Origin: a bacterium
GTDB lineage: Bacteria; Arandabacterota; Arandabacteria; Arandabacterales; JALGWA01
NCBI GenBank assembly: GCA_050125095.1
Contig: JASFEA010000028.1
Coordinates: 1 to 25,432 of the forward strand
Reading direction: 5' to 3'
Length of the DNA: 25,432 nucleotides
Both the position numbers and the translations under genes were made by a program. A model generated the notes under the pieces. That model was given only the letters and a program-made list of their open reading frames with translations, was not told where the DNA came from and searched no databases. Of the stretch, positions 1 through 9,366 are shown one piece after another (the stretch's first letter is position 1; each line of letters begins with the position of its first letter).

Positions 1-1
1 C

Positions 2-1117
2 GGGCTCGAGTGGGTGAAGTTCACAAGCCCGGCGGAGGGCTGGGCCGGGGGTTACGGCGGCACTATACTCCACACCACCGACGCCGGGGAGACCTGGGTG
101 AGCCAGAAGCGGAACCTGCCGCCCGAGGCCATTACTCTCCTTAGAAACGTGTTCGGCACGCTCGAAGGCACGACTTCGGACGAAGAGGTCATCGTATGCG
201 GCCACTTCGACTCGGTTTCCGAAGACCCCATGAACCGCGCGCCCGGGGCGGACGACAATGCGACGGGCACGGCCGGGGTGGTGGAGGCCGCGCGCGTCCT
301 CTCGCGCCACCGCTTCGAGAAGACCATCAGGTTCATTTGCTTCTCCGGGGAGGAAATCGGCCTCCAGGGGAGCGGTGCCTATGCGCCCGAGGCCCGCGTT
401 CGCGGCGACGACATAGCCGGCGTCATCAATCTCGATATGATCGGCTACATTGACGAGGCGCCCGAGGACATAGACCTCATAGGCAATGCCGCTTCGGAGT
501 GGCTGGTCGATTTCACGGCCGCCTGCGCGGAAACTTATGTGCCGGGTCTCCCGGCGAAGAAGATAATAGACCCGACTTATCTTGCGAGCGACCACGCCTC
601 GTTCTGGAACTCGGGCTACAGGGCGCTTCTCGCGATTGAGGACGGGGACATAGGTTATCCCTATTATCACACCACCGCCGACACGCTGGGCAATGTCACC
701 ATGTCGCTGGTGGAGAACACCACAAAGATGGCCCTGGCGGCGCTTGCGCAGGCGGCGGTTCCCGACACCACGGCGCTGCGGCCGGAGCGGGAACCCGCAC
801 CGGAGGCCGTGGCCGGGCGGGCGGCCGGGGCAGAGAGCAGCCCGGGCGACGCCGTTAGCGTATGGCCCAATCCCGTGAGTGAAACTGCGAGCGTTTGCTT
901 CAGCCTGGTGCCGGGCGGACGTGTCGACGCCGCCGTCTATGACGTGGGCGGCCGCCTCATAAGGCGGCTTGCAGGTTCGCATTTCGCCGCCGGCCCGCAT
1001 GAGGTCGTCTGGGACGGGAGGGATGAGAGCGGCCGGAAGGTCTCGGCCGGCATATACTTCGTGAGGATTGACGCCGGGAACCGCAGGTTCTCCTCCAGGG
1101 TAGTACTCCTCAGGTAG
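2..1117 (+). CDS. M28 family Zn aminopeptidase, 5'-partial, with an N-terminal Ycf48/BNR-like repeat remnant and a C-terminal FlgD-Ig/T9SS-like domain
   Basis: Frame is open from the window edge (GLEWVKFTSP...). BNR-like GWAGGYGGTILHTTDAGETW. M28 motifs GHFDS, GADDNATG, SGEEIG, NLDMIG, SDH, YYHT. C-terminal WPNP...YDVGGRLIR...WDGRDESGRKVSAGIYFVRI. Confidence 0.9.
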   Translation, partial: GLEWVKFTSPAEGWAGGYGGTILHTTDAGETWVSQKRNLPPEAITLLRNVFGTLEGTTSDEEVIVCGHFDSVSEDPMNRAPGADDNATGTAGVVEAARVLSRHRFEKTIRFICFSGEEIGLQGSGAYAPEARVRGDDIAGVINLDMIGYIDEAPEDIDLIGNAASEWLVDFTAACAETYVPGLPAKKIIDPTYLASDHASFWNSGYRALLAIEDGDIGYPYYHTTADTLGNVTMSLVENTTKMALAALAQAAVPDTTALRPEREPAPEAVAGRAAGAESSPGDAVSVWPNPVSETASVCFSLVPGGRVDAAVYDVGGRLIRRLAGSHFAAGPHEVVWDGRDESGRKVSAGIYFVRIDAGNRRFSSRVVLLR

Positions 1118-1118
1118 G

Positions 1119-1222
1119 GGCGGACGCCACTGGCGGACGCTGCCGGTACACGCTGCCGGTAGCCGCTGCTGGCGCAAGACCCGGTCAGGTGCTGTGGGCA
1201 GGCGTTGCGGGCGCGGGAGCCT
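1119..1222. repeat. Degenerate 13-bp tandem repeat, about 8 units
   Basis: Units read directly: ggcggacgccact/ggcggacgctgcc/ggtacacgctgcc/ggtagccgctgct/ggcgcaagacccg/gtcaggtgctgtg/ggcaggcgttgcg/ggcgcgggagcct. The first four are clear; the later ones are divergent. Confidence 0.7.
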
Positions 1223-1235
1223 GCTTCCTTATATA

Positions 1236-1265
1236 TTGACACAGCCCCTTTCTGAATCCTAACTT
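1236..1265 (+). promoter_or_regulatory. Putative sigma70 promoter for rhomboid (and possibly clpB)
   Basis: TTGACA at 1236-1241, 18-bp spacer, TAACTT at 1260-1265, in an AT-rich patch 28 bp before the ATG. Confidence 0.5.
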
Positions 1266-1293
1266 GAGTTAGAATTCAAAGCAGGGTGGGATT

Positions 1294-1965
1294 ATGTTTC
1301 CGATCAGGGACGACGTACCATCGAGAACTTATCCATACGCGACGCTGGGGCTTATCATCCTCAACACCTTCATATTCATCCTTCAATTCGGGCACAGGAT
1401 GAGCGACCCCGCCGGCGCCGCCGGCGCCATAGCCTCATTCGGCATGGTCCCCGCGCGCGTCGCGGAGGGAAGGCTCTGGCCATTCCTGACGTCAATGTTC
1501 ATGCACGGGGGCTGGTTTCACCTCATCGGCAACATGTGGTACCTGTGGATATTCGGCGACAATGTCGAGGACAGGCTCGGGCATGCCAAGTATATTGTCT
1601 TCTACATCGCATGCGGCCTGCTGGGCAATTTGGGCCACTTCCTCTCGAGCCCCGGCTCGGCGGTGCCGGCCGTTGGCGCCAGCGGCGCCATAGCCGGGGT
1701 CCTCGGCGCCTATCTCATTTCCTATCCGATGGCCCGCGTGCTCGTCGTGATTCCGCTTTTCGTGTTTCTGCATCTGATGAGTGTCCCGGCGATGTTGGTG
1801 CTGGGATTCTGGTTCATAATACAGCTGGCGAGCGGGGCCATATCGCTCGGACAATCGGGAGCCCATGGAGGCGTCGCCTGGTGGGCTCACATAGGAGGTT
1901 TTCTCGCGGGCATCGCGCTACTCAATGTCATGAGGCCGCGGCCCAGGGTGCTATACAGGCGCTGA
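1294..1965 (+). CDS. Rhomboid family intramembrane serine protease
   Basis: HGGWFHLIGNMWYLWIFGDNVED, catalytic GASG, and AHIGGF motifs; multiple hydrophobic helices. Confidence 0.95.
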   Translation: MFPIRDDVPSRTYPYATLGLIILNTFIFILQFGHRMSDPAGAAGAIASFGMVPARVAEGRLWPFLTSMFMHGGWFHLIGNMWYLWIFGDNVEDRLGHAKYIVFYIACGLLGNLGHFLSSPGSAVPAVGASGAIAGVLGAYLISYPMARVLVVIPLFVFLHLMSVPAMLVLGFWFIIQLASGAISLGQSGAHGGVAWWAHIGGFLAGIALLNVMRPRPRVLYRR

Positions 1966-1980
1966 GCGCTTGCTGTTGAG

Positions 1981-2040
1981 AGATAAGTCGCGAAGACATA
2001 AGTAACACATGTACAGGTCATAGAAACATAACTCGCAGAG
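1981..2040. repeat. Degenerate 15-bp tandem repeat, 4 units
   Basis: agataagtcgcgaag/acataagtaacacat/gtacaggtcatagaa/acataactcgcagag; units 1 and 4 match at 11/15 positions. Confidence 0.5.
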
Positions 2041-2076
2041 GCGAGCGTATCCGCCGGCAGTCGAGGAGGGTGGAGG

Positions 2077-4662
2077 ATGAGACTCGACAGATTCACCATT
2101 AAAGCCCAGGAAGCCATTGAAGGCGCCCAGAAGGTTGCCACGGACAAGTCCAACCAGGAGATAACGCCCGAGCACCTCATGGCCGCGCTTCTCGAGCAGA
2201 CCGAGGGAGTCATAGTGCCCCTCCTTAAGAAGGTGGGCGCCAACCCGGAGACCATCGCCGTGGACTTAGGCGGCGAGATAGACAAGCTCCCCAAGGTCTA
2301 CGGGGCCGAGTCGGGCTCGCATATGTCGCAGACGCTGCGCAAGGTCTTCGACAACTCATTTAAGGAGATGGAGCGGCTCAAGGACGAGTACGTATCGAGC
2401 GAGCATCTCTTGATCGGCATAATCGATACGCCCTGCCCGGCCTCTGAAGTGTTAAAGCGCAGCGGCGTCACAAGGGACAACATCTACCAGGCGCTTCAAG
2501 AAGTGAGGGGCGGCCAGCGGGTCACCGACCAGAACCCCGAGGACAAGTACCAGGCTCTGGAACGTTTCGGGCGCGATCTCGTTGCCCTCGCCAGGCAGGG
2601 TAAGCTAGATCCCGTAATCGGCAGGGACGATGAGATAAGGCGCGTCATCCAGGTCTTATCCAGGCGCACAAAGAATAACCCCGTACTCATAGGCGAGCCC
2701 GGCGTGGGCAAGACGGCCATCGTGGAGGGCCTCGCCCAGAGGCTCGTCTCGGGCGACATCCCGGAGACCTTAAAAGACAAGCAGCTCATCGGGCTGGACA
2801 TAGGCGCCCTGGTCGCGGGCGCCAAGTTCAGGGGCGAGTTCGAGGAGCGCCTCAAGGCCGTGCTCGGCGAGATAGAGAAAGCCGGCGGCAGCATCATCCT
2901 GTTTATCGACGAGCTCCATACGCTCGTGGGGGCCGGGGCGGCCGAGGGCGCTGTGGACGCCTCCAATATGCTGAAGCCCGCGCTCGCGCGCGGCGAGCTC
3001 AGGGCCATCGGCGCCACCACCATCGACGAGTACCGCAAGCACATAGAAAAGGACGCCGCCCTGGAGCGCAGGTTCCAGCCGGTCACCGTGGGCGAGCCCT
3101 CCGTGGAAGACACCATCGCCATCTTGAGGGGGCTTAAGGAGCGTTATGAAGTTCATCACGGCGTCAAGATAAAGGACACGGCGCTGGTGGCGGCAGCCGT
3201 GCTCTCGCATCGCTATATCACCGACAGGTTCCTTCCGGACAAGGCCATAGACCTTATAGACGAGTCGGCCTCACGCCTCAGGATCGAGATCGACTCCATG
3301 CCCACCGAGATAGACGAGATAGAGCGCCGCATCATGCAGCTGGCGATCGAGAAGCAGGCGCTCTCCAAGGAGAAAGACAAGGCCTCCAGGGAGAGGCTCG
3401 GCAAAGTCGAAGAGGAGATGGCCAACCTCTCGGAGAAGAGCGAGGGCATGAAGGCGCACTGGCATGCCGAGAAGGAGGCCATCGAGCGCATCCGCAAGAT
3501 CAAGGAAGACATAGAGAAGGCGCGGCTTGAGGAGGAGACGGCCGAGCGCTCGGGCAACTTGGACCGCGTCGCCGAGATAAGGTACAAGGACATGGTCGAG
3601 CTTAAGGGCGCGCTCGATAAGGAAAGCGCGCGCCTCCAGGAACTCCAGAAGGACAGGGCCATGCTAAAGGAGGAGGTCGACGAGGAAGACATCGGCGAGA
3701 TCGTCTCCAAGTGGACGGGCATACCCGTCGCCAGGATGATGGAGGGCGAGGTCGAGAAGCTCGTCAAGATGGAAGAGCGGCTCAGGCTCAGGGTCGTCGG
3801 CCAGGACGACGCCATCGAGGCCGTCTCCAATGCCGTGAGGCGCGCGAGGGCGGGCCTGCAGGACCCCGACCGGCCGATCGGCTCCTTCATATTCCTGGGG
3901 CCCACCGGAGTGGGGAAGACGGAGCTCGCGCGGGCTCTTGCCGAGTTTCTCTTCGATGACGAGCGGGCCATGGTGCGCGTCGACATGTCGGAGTTCATGG
4001 AGCGCCATTCGGTGGCGCGGCTTATCGGTGCGCCGCCCGGCTACGTCGGTTATGAGGAGGGCGGCTACCTCACGGAGGCCATCCGCAGGAAACCCTACTC
4101 GGTAATTCTCTTCGACGAGATAGAGAAGGCGCATCAGGACGTCTTCAACCTGCTCCTCCAGATCTTAGACGACGGCCGCCTCACCGACGGCAAGGGCCGC
4201 ACGGTGGACTTTAAGAACACCGTCATCATCATGACGTCCAACATCGGAAGCCAGTACATCCGCGACCTTCAGGGCGACGATGAGGAGATCAAGAAGCGCG
4301 TCATGGAGGCGCTAAGGTCCCACTTCAGGCCCGAGTTCTTAAACCGTGTGGACGAGACCATACTCTTTAACAGCCTCGGCCTCGAGGAGATAAAGAAGAT
4401 CGTGGACCTCCAGGTCGAACGCCTCAGGAAGCGCCTCACCGAGAAGCATATCGAAATAAGCCTCACCGATGCCGCCAAGGAGTACATCGCGAGGGAGGGA
4501 TTCGACCCGGCATACGGCGCGCGGCCCTTGAGGCGGGCCATCGAGCGCGACATCCAGAACCCGCTTGCCTTGAGGCTCTTAGAGGGCGAGTTCCCCGAAG
4601 GGAGCCGGGTCAAGGTGGATCTCGACGCCAAGTCAGGCGGCCTCAAGTTCAAGAAGTCCTGA
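2077..4662 (+). CDS. clpB: ATP-dependent chaperone/disaggregase ClpB
   Basis: 861 aa. N-terminal Clp repeats, two AAA+ modules ([14 protein letters not shown] and [15 protein letters not shown]), long coiled-coil middle domain, GARPLRR, no obvious ClpP-binding IGF loop. SD GGAGG directly upstream. Confidence 0.98.
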   Translation: MRLDRFTIKAQEAIEGAQKVATDKSNQEITPEHLMAALLEQTEGVIVPLLKKVGANPETIAVDLGGEIDKLPKVYGAESGSHMSQTLRKVFDNSFKEMERLKDEYVSSEHLLIGIIDTPCPASEVLKRSGVTRDNIYQALQEVRGGQRVTDQNPEDKYQALERFGRDLVALARQGKLDPVIGRDDEIRRVIQVLSRRTKNNPVLIGEPGVGKTAIVEGLAQRLVSGDIPETLKDKQLIGLDIGALVAGAKFRGEFEERLKAVLGEIEKAGGSIILFIDELHTLVGAGAAEGAVDASNMLKPALARGELRAIGATTIDEYRKHIEKDAALERRFQPVTVGEPSVEDTIAILRGLKERYEVHHGVKIKDTALVAAAVLSHRYITDRFLPDKAIDLIDESASRLRIEIDSMPTEIDEIERRIMQLAIEKQALSKEKDKASRERLGKVEEEMANLSEKSEGMKAHWHAEKEAIERIRKIKEDIEKARLEEETAERSGNLDRVAEIRYKDMVELKGALDKESARLQELQKDRAMLKEEVDEEDIGEIVSKWTGIPVARMMEGEVEKLVKMEERLRLRVVGQDDAIEAVSNAVRRARAGLQDPDRPIGSFIFLGPTGVGKTELARALAEFLFDDERAMVRVDMSEFMERHSVARLIGAPPGYVGYEEGGYLTEAIRRKPYSVILFDEIEKAHQDVFNLLLQILDDGRLTDGKGRTVDFKNTVIIMTSNIGSQYIRDLQGDDEEIKKRVMEALRSHFRPEFLNRVDETILFNSLGLEEIKKIVDLQVERLRKRLTEKHIEISLTDAAKEYIAREGFDPAYGARPLRRAIERDIQNPLALRLLEGEFPEGSRVKVDLDAKSGGLKFKKS

Positions 4663-4813
4663 GCCCCTGGCTCCGTGGGAACCCGGGCCTCAGCCGGGCG
4701 TTAAATCACAATGAGAAGGGGCTCATTATACCCCTCGATGCGCCCGGACTGGAATCGCGCCCCGTTGACCCTCGTCTAATAGTACGGGGGTATGGTATAT
4801 TCCCGGCGAAGAT

Positions 4814-5617
4814 ATGAAAAAACAAAAGACAAGAACATACCTACTGATCTCCATAGCGGTGCATATTCTGCTGCTCTTCATATGGGTCGGCACGGAGTCC
4901 TATCTGGAGAGGAGGGACCTGAGGGTCCAGGTCGAGGGGAAGGAGGAAGACCCCTGGGTCTTCGAAATCATCGAGACGCCCGATTTCCTGAAGGACGAGA
5001 AACCCGAAAGGCCGACCAATCTGGTTTCCGACAAGAGCACCCGCGCCGCCGACGAAAATCCCATGACCACGAGGAGCCTGGACATCCCCTACTCGCCCGG
5101 CGAATTCATGTTCAAGACCAATGAGCAGCGCGCAAGCGAGGCGTCCCGGGCCGCGGCGGCGGAGAGAGTTCCCGAGGCCGACCTGGGAGAGGTCGAGACC
5201 GTCGACCTCATGGGAGAAGGCGACCAGGACCGCCACTATCAGATACCGGCCCGCTCGGTGGCTTTCCGGAACCTCACGGCGAGTCTCGAACGAAGGGGCG
5301 GCGTGAGTTTCAATACATACGAGTGGGAGTTCGCGCCCTATATGCTGGCCATGAAACGGAGGGTCGAGCGGAACCTCCATCCGCCGTACGCCTTCACGCA
5401 TATGGGAATGGTGAGCGGCGTGAACATACTGCGCTTCACGGTCTTAAGGGACGGCACCGTCCGCGACCTCACCATACTCGGAAGCGATGCCCACTTCTGC
5501 CTGGACCGGACTAGCGTGAGGGCGATCGAACTCTCCATGCCGTTTATGCCGCTCCCCGACGACTTCCCGGAGGACGTTCTGGAAGTGACCGCGCAGTTCT
5601 CATACATCCTGCGGTAG
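4814..5617 (+). CDS. TonB/TolA-like membrane-anchored protein with TonB C-terminal domain
   Basis: N-terminal TM with SxxxH (ISIAVHILLL), charged linker, C-terminal YM...PYA...LRFTVLRDGTV...LDRTSVRAI...PFMPLP...F pattern. Confidence 0.75.
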   Translation: MKKQKTRTYLLISIAVHILLLFIWVGTESYLERRDLRVQVEGKEEDPWVFEIIETPDFLKDEKPERPTNLVSDKSTRAADENPMTTRSLDIPYSPGEFMFKTNEQRASEASRAAAAERVPEADLGEVETVDLMGEGDQDRHYQIPARSVAFRNLTASLERRGGVSFNTYEWEFAPYMLAMKRRVERNLHPPYAFTHMGMVSGVNILRFTVLRDGTVRDLTILGSDAHFCLDRTSVRAIELSMPFMPLPDDFPEDVLEVTAQFSYILR

Positions 5618-5685
5618 TACGGGAAGCGCTCGCTGCCCCGCAACGGCCGGTATGTCGCGTTCATGTGCGTGGCGTTTCTATGCGT

Positions 5686-6900
5686 TTATAGATAGCCGAA
5701 GCCTTTGAGGCGGGCCTTGACCTCCTCGCCCGCCTCGGCATAGGACTCGATATCACGGTTCCGGGTCTTGAGAATCTCCCTGTAGCCTGCGACCTTGTCG
5801 GCGCTCGGCTCACCCACATCGTTCGTATACAGGTTATCCTTCAAGATGAACTCGAAGTCCTCGTTGCGGTCGAAGAGATAGACCTCTCCGCCTTCATGCA
5901 CGCCGCAGAAGCCTACCTTGGCGTAAGAGGTCGAGATGAGGTTCCGGGTCTTGCCGGCGATGTTCCGGTCGCGGAGACCGAACTTGCCCAGCATCATCTG
6001 GTAGAAGTCCTCGTGGTCGATGAGCGTCGAGTCCACGACGCCGCCCCCGAGCCTGCGGTTATGCCTTATGGCGAAGACCTCGAACTGCTCGAAGCAGAAC
6101 CCGGTGGAGTGATGCCAGAGCGGGTTCTCGGACAGGCCCCAGTTGCCATCGAAGGCCTTCTTGCCGCATTGCGAGAAGCATTCGCCATGGTCGGAGTTGA
6201 CAAGAATCTCGAGGCCCGGGTAGCGCTCCAGCACCACGTCCACGAGCTGCCGCATGAAGTCGTCCACCAGGAGGCACTCGTTGTAGTACATCTTCTCGAC
6301 GATGTCGAGGTCCTCCATGGTGAGCGGGAAGTGCTGCTCGCGCCAGAGCTTCATCTTCTGGCCCATGATGCTCGACTCTTCCTCGTCTATGAAGTCGTAG
6401 CGGCGCTTGAGCCCGTAGTGCTCGGACGTGTAGGGGTAGTGATGGAAGTAGTCGTGCATGAGAAATGTGTGGAAGAAGACCATGTCGCTTTCCTTGAGGC
6501 GGTTGGCGATCATGTTGATCATGCCGTCGAGCTTGCGCGTATCGTAGGTGGAGGCGAAGTAGCGCTGGCTCCTGTACTGGAATATGTCGGATTCGGCGAG
6601 CACTCCGCAGCAGATGAGGCTGGGCCTCACCTCGGCCTCGACGAAGCGGTCGAAGATGAGGTCGGTCGGCTGGCCGGGATAGAGCCTGTAGCCCCAGAAG
6701 TTATGGGAGACGGTGGGCTCGCCCGTGAACATGGATGCATACGACGGAATAGTCCAGTTGCAGCTCGCGATATAATTGTCGTAATAGACCGAGTTGTCCT
6801 TAAGCGAGGTCATGAAGGGCGAGATGGGGATGCCCCGCACCACCTTGCCTATGTTATCTCTCCTGTAGGTGTCGAGTGAGACCACGAGCAACTTGTCCAT
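5686..6900 (-). CDS. Sulfatase-like hydrolase/transferase (alkaline phosphatase superfamily), predicted Thr nucleophile
   Basis: SLDTYRRD, WTIPSYASMFTG, HDY, NSDHGE, WHH, and C-terminal EEVKARLKGFGYL. Start placed at ATG 6900 (GGGAGA SD) rather than 6966. Confidence 0.8.
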   Translation of the reverse strand: MDKLLVVSLDTYRRDNIGKVVRGIPISPFMTSLKDNSVYYDNYIASCNWTIPSYASMFTGEPTVSHNFWGYRLYPGQPTDLIFDRFVEAEVRPSLICCGVLAESDIFQYRSQRYFASTYDTRKLDGMINMIANRLKESDMVFFHTFLMHDYFHHYPYTSEHYGLKRRYDFIDEEESSIMGQKMKLWREQHFPLTMEDLDIVEKMYYNECLLVDDFMRQLVDVVLERYPGLEILVNSDHGECFSQCGKKAFDGNWGLSENPLWHHSTGFCFEQFEVFAIRHNRRLGGGVVDSTLIDHEDFYQMMLGKFGLRDRNIAGKTRNLISTSYAKVGFCGVHEGGEVYLFDRNEDFEFILKDNLYTNDVGEPSADKVAGYREILKTRNRDIESYAEAGEEVKARLKGFGYL

Positions 6901-7036
6901 GTTCTCCCGCCTTTCCGCCTCGTTCCGCTGCGTTCGTATGTGCAAATATGGCCGTGCTTTATCCACTCAGCGCTTGTCACGATTGATATCGGCAAAATAA
7001 GGCGAGTCTTGACACGTAATGGCAGCGGCGCTTTCG

Positions 7037-7066
7037 TTGACACGGGGCCTCTAAGTGTAGTATAAT
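7037..7066 (+). promoter_or_regulatory. Consensus sigma70 promoter for the M14 peptidase gene
   Basis: TTGACA 7037-7042, 18-bp spacer, TATAAT 7061-7066. A second TTGACACG copy lies at 7009-7016. Confidence 0.8.
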
Positions 7067-7082
7067 AGGAATACCAGAAGGC

Positions 7083-7107
7083 GGGGCAGCAATGCTGCCC
7101 CTATTTT
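7083..7107 (+). promoter_or_regulatory. Terminator-like hairpin in the 5' leader of the M14 gene
   Basis: GGGGCAGC-AAT-GCTGCCCC perfect 8-bp stem followed by TATTTT. Confidence 0.55.
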
Positions 7108-7143
7108 GTGACATTAGGTTGAGCTTGGAATGGAGGCCCCGGA

Positions 7144-9366
7144 ATGCGCCGTTTTACGTCTCTTCTCATCGTTCTTATTCTTGTTGTTCTCGCCTCAACC
7201 GCTTTCGCCGCCATCGGCGAGAAGTCTCTCGTCCGCGTCTACTTCGACAGCCCCGAGCACCGAAGCGCGGTGCTTAAGGAGTTCGACGACGTGGCCGGGC
7301 GTGCCAACAGCCGCTTCGCCGATATCGTGGTGCCCGGGGATAAGATGGCCGAGCTCATGGCTCTCGCCCCCAAATACGAGATCCTCATAGCCGATATTGA
7401 CCAGCTCATGCGGGACCGCGGCGTGCTGGATGTGGGAAGCGCATATCACACGTATGAAGAAGTGAACGCCGAGATGGACAGCATCGCGGCGCTCTATCCG
7501 AGCATATGCCAGGTCGACTCGGTCGGCGACACCTGGGAGGGGAGGACCATATACGGCATCAAGGTATCCGACAATGTCGCGACAACCGAGGACGAGCCGC
7601 GAGTGCTCTATATCGGTATGCATCACGCGCGAGAGATAATCACCACCGAGATACCGCTTTACATACTCTTCCACCTCGTAGATAACTACGGTTCCGACCC
7701 CAGGATCACAGACCTTGTGAACAACCGCGAGTTCTACATCATCCCGTGCCTCAATCCCGACGGCCGCGAGTACGTGGAGCACACGGGCGACTGGCGCAAG
7801 AACCGCAGGAACAACGGCGACGGCACCTACGGCGTCGACCTCAATCGGAACTACGGCTACATGTGGGGCTATGACGACAGCGGCTCCAGCCCCAATACGG
7901 GCGATGAGACTTACCGCGGCCCCTACGGCTTCTCCGAGCCCGAGACCCAGGCCATCAAGAACCTGTGCGAGGCGATTCAGTTCTCCACCGGCATCTCATA
8001 TCATTCCCATGGCGACCTCATCATATATCCGTACGGTTATGACTACGTCGTAAACGACGAGGCCGACGTCTTCCAGCGGCTCGCGGACAGCATGGCCACG
8101 TTCAACAACTACCACGCCGGCCCCATAACCGATCTCTACCCGGCCAACGGCGGCACCGACGACTGGATGTGGGGCGAACGCGGCACCAAGGACAAGGTCT
8201 ATTTCCTCACTGTAGAGGTGGGGGACGAGTTCTATCCGTCAGAGTCGGAGATACTGACGCTGTGCTCGGAGAACCTGGGCCCGGCCCTGGTGTTCGCCGA
8301 CTACGCGGATGAGCCCAGGCGCGTGCTCCCGCCCGTTGTGCCAAGTCTGGACCCCATGTCGGACAGCAATGACGGCAACTATACCGTGTCCTGGTCGACG
8401 CCGAGTCCGGACACCCTGAATCCCGCGGTCAAGTACGCGCTCACAGAGCGCATCGGCCCGAGCCGCATACTGGACGACTGCGAGGGCGACTGGGCGCATT
8501 GGATCAAAGATCTGTGGCAGCTCAGAAACGAAAGGTATCACAGCGCCGTTACGAGCTTCTATGGAGGCCGCTCGAACGACCGCAACTCGACCTTCATGTA
8601 CAAGTACGGCATGGACGTCGAGCCGACCGACACGCTCACGTTCTGGACCTGGTATGAAATCGAGGAGAACTGGGACTACGCGTACGTGGAAGTCTCCACG
8701 GACGGCGGCACCACCTTCCGGTCCATACCCGGCAACATCACCACGACCTATAATCCCAACGGCCAGAACGCCGGCCACGGAATCACAGGCGACTCCAATG
8801 GCTGGGTCGAGGCATTCTTCCCGCTCGGAGCGATGGCCGACACTACGACAATCGTACGTTTCCGCTATAAGACCGATGGCTACGTGCTCGAACAGGGCAT
8901 CTACGTGGATGACATCTTCCCGGTCCAGGAGTTCGACTCGTCCGCGGTCCTGAGCGACGTCATCACCAATGAGTACTACGACGTCACCGGCCAGGATGTG
9001 GGCACGTTCTACTATGAAGTGAGCGCCTGCGATGCCGAGGAACAGTGGAGCATGCTGAGCCAGAGGGAAGATATAGAAGTGCTGGCCTCGGGCGTACCCC
9101 GGAACGGCGAAGAGCCGGAGTTCGAGGCCTTCAGGAACCCGGTGCGCATAGGCCAGACGGTCAGGTTCGCGGCCGCCGCGGCCGCCAAGGACCGCGTCTT
9201 TGTTGTGGACGTCATGGGGCGCATGGTCGCCGACCTTGACGTTCCCGAGTCGGGCGCGGAGTGGGACCTCAGGGACGCTAGCGGCAACTACGTATCGCCG
9301 GGCATCTACTTCGTAAGATACGCTTCAGGCAGGGCGCCTGCCGCCAAGCTGGTGGTACTGAAGTAG
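7144..9366 (+). CDS. Secreted M14 zinc carboxypeptidase (carboxypeptidase T-like) with immune-inhibitor-A/MAM-like, FN3-like and C-terminal FlgD-Ig/T9SS-like domains
   Basis: Signal peptide ending AFA. HHARE, NPDG, WRKNR, DLNRN, SYHS and VEV motifs. WYEIEENWDYAYVEVSTDGG beta-sandwich. Tail WDLRDASGNYVSPGIYFVR. Confidence 0.93.
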   Translation: MRRFTSLLIVLILVVLASTAFAAIGEKSLVRVYFDSPEHRSAVLKEFDDVAGRANSRFADIVVPGDKMAELMALAPKYEILIADIDQLMRDRGVLDVGSAYHTYEEVNAEMDSIAALYPSICQVDSVGDTWEGRTIYGIKVSDNVATTEDEPRVLYIGMHHAREIITTEIPLYILFHLVDNYGSDPRITDLVNNREFYIIPCLNPDGREYVEHTGDWRKNRRNNGDGTYGVDLNRNYGYMWGYDDSGSSPNTGDETYRGPYGFSEPETQAIKNLCEAIQFSTGISYHSHGDLIIYPYGYDYVVNDEADVFQRLADSMATFNNYHAGPITDLYPANGGTDDWMWGERGTKDKVYFLTVEVGDEFYPSESEILTLCSENLGPALVFADYADEPRRVLPPVVPSLDPMSDSNDGNYTVSWSTPSPDTLNPAVKYALTERIGPSRILDDCEGDWAHWIKDLWQLRNERYHSAVTSFYGGRSNDRNSTFMYKYGMDVEPTDTLTFWTWYEIEENWDYAYVEVSTDGGTTFRSIPGNITTTYNPNGQNAGHGITGDSNGWVEAFFPLGAMADTTTIVRFRYKTDGYVLEQGIYVDDIFPVQEFDSSAVLSDVITNEYYDVTGQDVGTFYYEVSACDAEEQWSMLSQREDIEVLASGVPRNGEEPEFEAFRNPVRIGQTVRFAAAAAAKDRVFVVDVMGRMVADLDVPESGAEWDLRDASGNYVSPGIYFVRYASGRAPAAKLVVLK

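Noticed and set aside
1263-1281. HspR HAIR operator (CTTGAGT...) upstream of rhomboid/clpB
   Set aside because: Only one half-site matches; the ACTCAAG half at N7 spacing is missing.
1294-1965. Rhomboid as a dedicated sorting enzyme (rhombosortase) for the TWG tail
   Set aside because: It looks like a generic bacterial rhomboid, and the tail has no TM helix for intramembrane cleavage.
4661-4724. GAGCCCCT...AGGGGCTC inverted repeat as the clpB terminator
   Set aside because: 48-nt loop and no U-tract; too weak to call.
5896-6879. 327-aa plus-strand ORF
   Set aside because: Antisense shadow of the sulfatase-like gene, with no motifs; expected in GC-rich coding DNA.
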